Positions 57,119 to 64,000 of a stretch of 64,000 nt of DNA are shown one piece after another. Each line of letters begins with the position of its first letter. Position 1 is the stretch's first letter. Below the pieces are notes generated by a model. The model was not told the DNA's origin. It did no database searches and saw only the letters and a program-made list of their open reading frames with translations. This DNA is from Planctomycetota bacterium (GTDB taxonomy: Bacteria > Planctomycetota > UBA1135 > UBA2386): positions 4,352,001 to 4,416,000 of the forward strand of contig OZ245838.1 of assembly GCA_965228735.1 (NCBI GenBank), in the 5' to 3' direction. A program made the position numbers and the translations under genes.

Positions 57119-58225
57119 ATGCCGCCATCCGCCCCCCGCACTCGCATCCTGGCAGCCTCGTTGCTCGCCCTGGCCACACTGACCAGCGGCTCACGGACCC
57201 AACAGACGCTCGTCGTCGGCGCCGGCGGCACGTTCCCGACCATCAGCGCCGCGATCGCCGCGGCTCAGCCAGGTGACACCGTGCTCGTCAACGGCGGCAC
57301 GTGGGCCGAGAACCTCGACATCGACAAGGGCATCCACTTCGTCGGGCGCGGCGCGAGTCTGCGGTATCAGATCTTCCAGTTCCCGATGCGCGTGCATGAC
57401 GTGCCGGCGGGCCAGGTCTTCTCGATGCGCGGGTTCCGCGCCGACGGCTCGTCCGGCGCGACCGACACGATCGTGCAGGTCGACGACTGTGACGGAACCG
57501 TCGCGATCCAGCACCTCGAACAGGGTGGACTCAACCAATGGGCGTTGCGCGCCGTCAATTCGCGCCAGGTCCACGTCGCCGGCACCGCGATCGCCGCCAT
57601 GCGATGCCAGGACAGCACCGTGGTCATTCACGGCTGCGTGTTCGACCCCGGGGTGCTCGCGGGGCTGACCCTCGACGGTGGGCGGGTGGCGATCGTTGGC
57701 TGTTCGATCCGCGGCGCCTTCGCTCCGTTCACCGGCCCGGGCATTCACATGACCGGCACCGAACTCGCGATCGCGGCATCCCAGGTCACCGGCACCGGCA
57801 GCAGCGCGGCGATCCTGACCAGCGGTGGCGTGATCCTGAACGACCCGAGCAACGTGCTGGCAGGCGCAGGATCGTCGCCGGCGATCGCCGGCAACGCGCA
57901 GGTCGCGGTGTACGAGTTCGGCACGCTGCAGGCGGCGACCGACGGGCAGACACTGTCCATGACGGTCAACGGCCCGACCGGCAGCGCATTCGTCACGCTT
58001 CTCAGCCTGCCACGACCGGTCGTGCCGACGCCGTCAGGCCTCGCCTGGGTCGACCCGCTCGCATTCGCGATCGTGCAGACCGGTACGCTCGCCGGTGCGG
58101 TACCGCAGGTCGGCCAGCTCGCGCACCCAACGTTGCCGCCCGGCGTGACGGCGGCGCTGCAGATGGCGTACGTCGGGCCGAGCGGCGTCGCGTTGTCGAC
58201 TCCGAGCCTGGTGATCGCTCCATAG
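57119..58225 (+). CDS. Secreted right-handed beta-helix-like protein with divergent shared C-terminal domain
   Basis: 'FPTISAAIAAAQPGDTVLV..GT..E' pectin-lyase-like start. C-terminus HPTLPPGVTAALQ...LSTPSLVIAP. Confidence 0.75.
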   Translation: MPPSAPRTRILAASLLALATLTSGSRTQQTLVVGAGGTFPTISAAIAAAQPGDTVLVNGGTWAENLDIDKGIHFVGRGASLRYQIFQFPMRVHDVPAGQVFSMRGFRADGSSGATDTIVQVDDCDGTVAIQHLEQGGLNQWALRAVNSRQVHVAGTAIAAMRCQDSTVVIHGCVFDPGVLAGLTLDGGRVAIVGCSIRGAFAPFTGPGIHMTGTELAIAASQVTGTGSSAAILTSGGVILNDPSNVLAGAGSSPAIAGNAQVAVYEFGTLQAATDGQTLSMTVNGPTGSAFVTLLSLPRPVVPTPSGLAWVDPLAFAIVQTGTLAGAVPQVGQLAHPTLPPGVTAALQMAYVGPSGVALSTPSLVIAP

Positions 58226-58351
58226 GGGCTCGGCCGGGCCCGCGCGCCCTGACCGATCAGAAGCGCAGCGTGCAACCGCCGGTACGGGATTGGCGCGCGC
58301 AACGGCTGCGCTGCGTCGGCGCCCCGCGCTGGCGGGTTCCGGATGTTCACT

Positions 58352-59194
58352 TCAGCTGCCGATCGTCACATCGACAGCGTTGCTGAACGCGACGCCGCCG
58401 GTTGCGACCGGGTCGAACACGGCCGCCTGACACGTGAAGCGCAGTCCGCACAGCAGCGCCGGGTCGCAGTCGAGCGGCACGGGCAGGTCGCCGAGTCCGG
58501 TGCTGTCGGTCACGCTGATGATCGAGTACGCGTAGGGGTCGATGAGCAGCGTGGCGCCGAAGTCGGGCAACGGCGTGCTGCCCTGCCCCCAACCGATGAG
58601 CCAGCCCATCGCGCTGCTCGGCGCGGCGGCGCTGAGCTGGAGCGCGAAGTCCGCGTCGCCGAGACGCGGCAGGTCGTTGCCCGCGAGCGCCGGCACGCCG
58701 GCCGTGCCGTTCGTGCCGCTGCCGTAGGTCGCCAGCGCCGCCGGACCGCTGCAGCCTGCGATCGCGTCGATACGCAGCGAGATGCCGCCGAGGTTGCCGA
58801 TGACGTAGTTGTCACCGACGGCGAAGCGCACGGTGGCGGCCTGCGGCAGCCAGTAGGTCGACGGCGTCGAGTTCGCGAGCGCGAGCGCCGGGGTCGACAT
58901 GAAACCCGTGCCGCCGTACTGGCCGCCGCCGGGGCCCGACCACATGTAGTACAGGGTGGCCCAACCCTGACTGCAGTTGAGTCCGTTGGCACCGCACCCG
59001 GAGTTGGCGCCGTTCCACGGGTGGAACGCGACGTAGGTGCTGGCGATCGGGGTGACCCGCCAGCAGCCGGCGCCGAGCTGCAGCGTGATCGGCGCCGACG
59101 TGTTGTTCACGGCGCCATCCAGATGGACGAACTGCTGGGCCGCGGCGGGCGCGGCGAGGACGGAATAAAGGACGACAGCGGCGGAACGGTTCAT
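58352..59194 (-). CDS. Small secreted protein ending in the shared C-terminal domain
   Basis: Signal ending PAAA-QQ. C-terminus PVPLDCDPALLCGLRFTCQ...FSNAVDVTIGS. Confidence 0.8.
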   Translation of the reverse strand: MNRSAAVVLYSVLAAPAAAQQFVHLDGAVNNTSAPITLQLGAGCWRVTPIASTYVAFHPWNGANSGCGANGLNCSQGWATLYYMWSGPGGGQYGGTGFMSTPALALANSTPSTYWLPQAATVRFAVGDNYVIGNLGGISLRIDAIAGCSGPAALATYGSGTNGTAGVPALAGNDLPRLGDADFALQLSAAAPSSAMGWLIGWGQGSTPLPDFGATLLIDPYAYSIISVTDSTGLGDLPVPLDCDPALLCGLRFTCQAAVFDPVATGGVAFSNAVDVTIGS

Positions 59195-59385
59195 GGCAGT
59201 CTCGATGTGGGCGGGTGGAATTGCCCTCCCGACCACCGAAGCGAACTCGCGCGGCGGCGACCGCCACCCAATCACGAATGTCCGTTCCGCGACAGGCCGG
59301 GCTCGCGTCCGGCCACCTGGCCGCTCATGGTACTGGCGCGCTTCCAGTTTCGGCCCTCGACGAGCCGGTGAGGCGGTTTTCGAAC

Positions 59386-61242
59386 GTGACCGAAGCCCTG
59401 GCCATCCACGATCTGCGATTTCGCTACGGCGCGCGCGACTGCGTGCGCGGCGTGTCGCTCTCGATCCGGCCCGGGGACTGCTACGGCTTTCTCGGCCACA
59501 ACGGCGCCGGCAAGACGACGGTGATGCGGCTCGTGCTCGGGCTGCTGCGGCCCGCCGGCGGCACCGTGAGTGTTTTCGGCCACGACGCCAGCAACGAGCG
59601 ACGCCGCGTCAATGCGCTCATCGGCGCGGTGATCGAGCGACCGGGCTTCCGCCCGCAGCTGACGGCGTCCGACAACCTCGTGGCGCTCGCCCGCCTGCAG
59701 GGGATCGAACGGCGCGCGGCTCGAGTCGAGAGCGGGCGGGTGCTGCAGGCGGTCGGTCTCGACGGGGCGGCGAAGCGGCGGGTCACGACGTTCTCGATGG
59801 GCATGCGGCAACGACTCGGGATCGCGCAGGCGCTGCTCGGCGGCCCGCGGCTGCTGCTGCTCGACGAACCGACGACGGCGCTCGACCCGGAGGGCATCGC
59901 CGACCTGCGCGCGCTGCTGCTGCGGCTCACGCGCGACCACGGCGTCGCGGTCATGCTGTCGAGCCATCAGCTCGCCGAGCTCGAAGGGCTGTGCAATCGC
60001 GTCGGCGTGCTGCGCGACGGGGCGATGGTCGTCGAAGGCGAGCTCCAGGCGCTGCGGCGCCGCCTCGCGACGCGACACGTCGTCACGGGCACGCCGCTCG
60101 ACCGGCTCGCCGACCGCCTGCGCGAGCTCGAGCTCACACCGACCATCGAGGCCGACCGGCTGCTCGTGGAGCTCGACGGCCAGCGCCCCGGAACCGTCGT
60201 GCGCGAGCTCGCGCAGGCGGGTGAGCTGGCGTCGTTCGGGCCCGAGCAGGCGACGCTCGAACGGATCTATCTGCAGGCCGGTCTGGCCGACCTCGGGCCC
60301 GGTCGCATCGACGCCGACCCGGAGCCGGAGCCGGCTACGGAGCCGCAGCCGCCGGCCGCGCCGGCGCTCGGCACGGCGCTGCGACCGTGGCGGCGGGTCG
60401 CGAGGTTCGAGGCGCGCGCACTGTTGCGGCCCCGCGCGCTCGCCGCGCTCGTGCTCGTCCCGGCGGCCATCGCGGTCTGGTCCGTGCTCGGCTACGCGCG
60501 CGGAGTCGACGAGGCGCTCGCCCTGGTGCGCGCCGAGGAGCGTTTCAGCGCCGACGCAGGCAGCGGCTTCTTCGCGTTCGCCCAGGCGCTGCAGCAGGCG
60601 ACGCCGTGTCTCGGGCTCGTGCTGCTGTGGTTCGCCAGCCAGTCGATCGCCGGTGAACTGGGCAACGACACGCTGCGGAACACGCTGATACGCAGCGTGC
60701 GGCGCATCGACGTTCTGCTCGGCAAGCTCGGGGTCCAGCTCACGGCGATGCTCGTCGGCTGGACCGCGCTGCTCATCGCCGCCACCACTGCGAGCGCGCT
60801 GACCGTCGGCTTCGGCGATCTCGAGGAGGTCACGCGTTACGGCGATCGCGACCTGCTCGTCGGTGCCGACGAGGTCTGGCCGACCGCGGTCCTGGCCGCG
60901 CTGCAGCTGCCGCTGCCGCTCGCGGCGTTCGTCGTGCTCGGCGTCGCGGCATCGGTGGTGGCCCGCCGGGCCGCGCTCGCGCTCGCGCTCGCGATGTTGC
61001 TCGTGCTGGTGCCCGAGCTGCTGCGTGGCGTCGTCGGGGAGCAGGCCGGCTGGCTGCTCACGAGCCACGTGCCGGTATTCTCGCGCGACGACTCCGCGCT
61101 CGGCTATCTCGCGGCCACGGCGCGCGGCGCTGCGGACGCGCTCTGGCCGCACGCCGAACACGCCGTCTCGGTGCCGCTGGTCTGGCTCGCGAGCGGCCTC
61201 GGCGTCGTCGGCCTCGTCTTCGTCCGCCTGCGTATCCGCTGA
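59386..61242 (+). CDS. ABC-2 type transporter with the ATP-binding domain fused to the permease
   Basis: Walker A 'GHNGAGKTT', signature 'FSMGMRQRL', 'LDEPT'. C-terminal TM helices with 'SIAGE...TLR..LIRSV.R..VL.GK'. Confidence 0.88.
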   Translation: MTEALAIHDLRFRYGARDCVRGVSLSIRPGDCYGFLGHNGAGKTTVMRLVLGLLRPAGGTVSVFGHDASNERRRVNALIGAVIERPGFRPQLTASDNLVALARLQGIERRAARVESGRVLQAVGLDGAAKRRVTTFSMGMRQRLGIAQALLGGPRLLLLDEPTTALDPEGIADLRALLLRLTRDHGVAVMLSSHQLAELEGLCNRVGVLRDGAMVVEGELQALRRRLATRHVVTGTPLDRLADRLRELELTPTIEADRLLVELDGQRPGTVVRELAQAGELASFGPEQATLERIYLQAGLADLGPGRIDADPEPEPATEPQPPAAPALGTALRPWRRVARFEARALLRPRALAALVLVPAAIAVWSVLGYARGVDEALALVRAEERFSADAGSGFFAFAQALQQATPCLGLVLLWFASQSIAGELGNDTLRNTLIRSVRRIDVLLGKLGVQLTAMLVGWTALLIAATTASALTVGFGDLEEVTRYGDRDLLVGADEVWPTAVLAALQLPLPLAAFVVLGVAASVVARRAALALALAMLLVLVPELLRGVVGEQAGWLLTSHVPVFSRDDSALGYLAATARGAADALWPHAEHAVSVPLVWLASGLGVVGLVFVRLRIR

Positions 61243-61265
61243 ACGACTCTGCTGACCCTCTGCCC

Positions 61266-62234
61266 ATGATCCGAAGACTGTGGATGCTCTTCGCGGGCGC
61301 GCTCGCCGCGTGCGCGGCCGGACTGCCGATCGACCCGCCGGCTCTCCGAGACATGGAGGAGCCGCTCGCGCTGTTCGAGGAGCCCGACGACGAAGCGCAG
61401 CGCCGGGGATTGCCCTACGGCAGCTTCTCCGGCCTCTACCTCGGTGACGCGCGCGACACGCTAGCGAGCAAGCTCGACGACGACGCCGCGGTCAAGGTCG
61501 TGCGCGTCGTCGAGAACTCTCCCGCGGACCGCGCGGGGCTGGCGGCCGACGATCTGGTGCTCGAGGTCGTCGTCAACGGTGCGGCCCGCGAGGTCGCGCA
61601 CCCGAGCGAATGGCGTGAGCTGGAGCTCGGCAGCCCGCCCGGCACCCGCGTCGAGGTGTTCGTCGACCGCGCCGGTCGCGAGGCGCGCGCCGTCATGGAG
61701 TTGACCGCGCGGGTGCGCCCGGCGGCGCGTGACGTCGCCGAACGGTTCCGCGAAGAACAGCGCGTCGGCGTCGTGTTCCGGACCGCGACCGAGGTCGAGG
61801 CGCGCGGCGCCGGACTCGGCCCGGGCGGCGGCGCCGTGATCGTCGGCCTGTCGGCGCGCAGCCCGTGGCGCGGTGCCGGCCTGCGGTTCGAAGACCTGAT
61901 CGTCGCCGTCGACCGGGCGCCGCTCGCACACCCCCAGGACCTGCTGCGTGCACTCGCCGAACCCGAGCGGGAGCGCGTCGCGATCACGTTCGTCCGCGAC
62001 GGCGCAGCGCCGCAGACCGTCGACGCCGCGCTCACCCGGCGCGAGCACGACATGCGCGAGATCTACGTGCCGTTGCTCTACTCCTACGAATACGAGCGCG
62101 GCCGCACGGCGTGGTCGATGCTGTTCGGCTTCCTCGGCTACGAGAGCACCGCGGCGGCCTGGCGCTTCCGTCTGCTGTGGTGGATCCGGTTCGGTGGCGG
62201 CGATGCCGACACCCTGTTGGAGGGCGACTCGTGA
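61266..62234 (+). CDS. Lipoprotein with two PDZ domains
   Basis: Lipobox LAA-C, 'VVENSPADRAGL...D.V' and 'SPWRGAGLRFEDLIVAVD'. Confidence 0.85.
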   Translation: MIRRLWMLFAGALAACAAGLPIDPPALRDMEEPLALFEEPDDEAQRRGLPYGSFSGLYLGDARDTLASKLDDDAAVKVVRVVENSPADRAGLAADDLVLEVVVNGAAREVAHPSEWRELELGSPPGTRVEVFVDRAGREARAVMELTARVRPAARDVAERFREEQRVGVVFRTATEVEARGAGLGPGGGAVIVGLSARSPWRGAGLRFEDLIVAVDRAPLAHPQDLLRALAEPERERVAITFVRDGAAPQTVDAALTRREHDMREIYVPLLYSYEYERGRTAWSMLFGFLGYESTAAAWRFRLLWWIRFGGGDADTLLEGDS

Positions 62235-63739
62235 GGGGTTCGGCGCTGCCGCGCGTGCTGGCTGCGGCCGCGATGGCCACGACGCTCGTCGCGCAGTCGG
62301 CCGCGGTCGCGACGATCCAGCTCGCCCCGAACGCCCGCGCGACCGGCCACATGTTCGCCGATCTCGATCGTGACGGCCGCGACGATCTCGTGCTCGCTTG
62401 CCGCGACGATGCGGCCGGCGGCCGCTGGCTGCAGGTGCACCTGCACACCGCGAGCGGGCCCGCCTACGAGTCACGCCCGTCCCGCAACGAAGCCGTCGAT
62501 CGCGACGTCGTCGCGTTCACGTTCGCCGACCTCGGGCCGGGCCGGGGCGCCGAGCTCGTGCTCTTCACGAACGAGCAGGCCGTCCTCGTAACCGGCGAAG
62601 CGGACGACAGCGCGCGCTACCAGCGACTGCTGCGGCATCGGCTGGTCTGGCCGGCCGCCGATCCGAACCAGGTCGTGCCGCTGCCCGGCTCGGTGCTCGA
62701 CTACGATCAGGACGGCGATGCCGATCTGCTGTTGCCGCGACCCGACGGCTGGTCGGTGTGGCTGCAGCAGACCGGCACGTTCGGCGCGCCGCTCGAGCTC
62801 GAGCTGCCCCGTCACCGCAGCCGATTCGCGCGGTTCACGGGCGGCAGACCGGACGGCGAGTCGGACGGTGGGCCGGCCGCGGCGTTGGGGTTCGGGCGCC
62901 GGCAGTCCGATCTGCCGCTGGTCCGCGCCGCGGCGCGGACCCCGCAGTGCAAGCGCATCGACGTCGACGGCAACGGCTTCGTCGATCTCGTCACCTACCG
63001 CAACGGCACGTGTTTCATCGGTTCGCAGACCGCGGCGGGCGAGCTCGTGCGCCGTGAGCTCGCGGTGCCGCTGCCCGAGGACCGCCTGCAGCTGCTCGAT
63101 CCCGCGTTCGACGTGCAGGTGGTCGACCTCGATGCCGACGGCCGCGCGGATCTGCTGCTCACGACGTCGACTTCGCGCGATGGTGAACTCGAGGCCCGCG
63201 TCGACTGGCACCTCGCGCAGCCGGACGGCACCTGGGCAACGAAGCGCGCGGGCCGGCTGCGGCTGCAGCCGCTCGCGTTCGCGCCGCGGCTCGTGGACGC
63301 CGACGGCGACGGCCACCGTGACCTCGTCTGCGTCTCCGTGCGCACGTCCGCGATGCAGGCGATGACCGGGGATACCGTGACCGCGCTCGACGGCCAGCTC
63401 AGCATCTTCGCGGGCGACGGCGCCGGCGGCTTCGCGCGGCCGGCATTGGTCAATCGACCCCTGCCGCTGCGGCCGGGCAGGGGCGGCGGGTCGGAGCCGT
63501 TCTTGATCGTGCGACCGCGGACGCGGGACGCCGACGTGCCGAGCGAAGTGCTGCTGCTGGGCGAGGGTCGGCTCGAGCGGCGACCACTCACTCGTCGCGG
63601 CAACCGCCTGCGGCTCGGCGCCGGCGAGGCCGGCGTCCCGCTGCCGGAGGACGCGCGCGTCGTCCCGCGAACGGACCATCCGGACGAGCTGCTGCTGCTC
63701 ACCGATGGCGAGGTCCGCCACGTGAGGTTGCGCCGATGA
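62231..63739 (+). CDS. Secreted FG-GAP/VCBS repeat protein
   Basis: Repeated DxDxDGxxDL motifs (DLDRDGRDDL, DYDQDGDADL, DVDGNGFVDL, DLDADGRADL). GTGA overlap with the previous gene. Confidence 0.85.
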   Translation: MRGSALPRVLAAAAMATTLVAQSAAVATIQLAPNARATGHMFADLDRDGRDDLVLACRDDAAGGRWLQVHLHTASGPAYESRPSRNEAVDRDVVAFTFADLGPGRGAELVLFTNEQAVLVTGEADDSARYQRLLRHRLVWPAADPNQVVPLPGSVLDYDQDGDADLLLPRPDGWSVWLQQTGTFGAPLELELPRHRSRFARFTGGRPDGESDGGPAAALGFGRRQSDLPLVRAAARTPQCKRIDVDGNGFVDLVTYRNGTCFIGSQTAAGELVRRELAVPLPEDRLQLLDPAFDVQVVDLDADGRADLLLTTSTSRDGELEARVDWHLAQPDGTWATKRAGRLRLQPLAFAPRLVDADGDGHRDLVCVSVRTSAMQAMTGDTVTALDGQLSIFAGDGAGGFARPALVNRPLPLRPGRGGGSEPFLIVRPRTRDADVPSEVLLLGEGRLERRPLTRRGNRLRLGAGEAGVPLPEDARVVPRTDHPDELLLLTDGEVRHVRLRR

Positions 63740-64000
63740 ACGCGCTCCTCACAACATCGACCGCCGCGCTCCTGTTGCTCACTTCGGCCGTGAGCGCGCA
63801 GGACGCCGTCGCGAGCGGCGTCTTCACGGACGTGCTGGAGCAGCGGCTCGTCGATACCGACGGCGACGGGCGCGTCGAGCTGCTGCTGCTCCGTGGCTCG
63901 TCGCCAGAGCGCCCGGCGGCGATGGTCCGCTGCGTGCTCGGCGCCGACGGGGCCGGCTTCGTGCCGGCCGGCGCGATCGCGATCGCGGACCCCGCCCATA
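63736..64000 (+). CDS. 5' part of a second secreted FG-GAP/VCBS protein, truncated by the window edge
   Basis: ATGA overlap. Reads MNALLTTSTAALLLLTSAVSAQ...DTDGDGRVELL. Confidence 0.7.
   Translation, partial: MNALLTTSTAALLLLTSAVSAQDAVASGVFTDVLEQRLVDTDGDGRVELLLLRGSSPERPAAMVRCVLGADGAGFVPAGAIAIADPAH

Overview
Very GC-rich, densely coding bacterial window with no rRNA, tRNA, CRISPR array or intact mobile element visible. The many exported beta-propeller, carboxypeptidase-regulatory, VCBS and prenyltransferase-repeat proteins suggest a Planctomycetota genome (inference). About 45 CDS can be supported. Main observations: (1) a probable selenoprotein that the ORF track splits in two (23005-24423), with a thioredoxin-like U-P-H-C motif, an in-frame TGA at 23233-23235, a SECIS-like hairpin with an AGGU loop, and a HEAT-like helical C-terminal region; (2) eight exported proteins of several unrelated types that end in the same ~110-130 aa domain, a candidate protein-sorting or surface-anchoring signal; (3) three copies of a REP-like palindrome family; (4) an AT-richer islet with an ECF-like sigma factor, a G10 tract, a 10-Cys small secreted protein and a membrane-anchored helical protein; (5) a mirror-image glycan-modification locus with degenerate paralogues; (6) a methyltransferase / PHP-glycosyltransferase / class-III aminotransferase cluster; (7) a fused E1 alpha-beta 2-oxoacid dehydrogenase coupled to a FabD-like acyltransferase; (8) a Uma2 nuclease gene broken by one TGA. 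All family calls come from motif recognition by eye, not database searches. Start codons were re-chosen where the ORF track was clearly over-extended.
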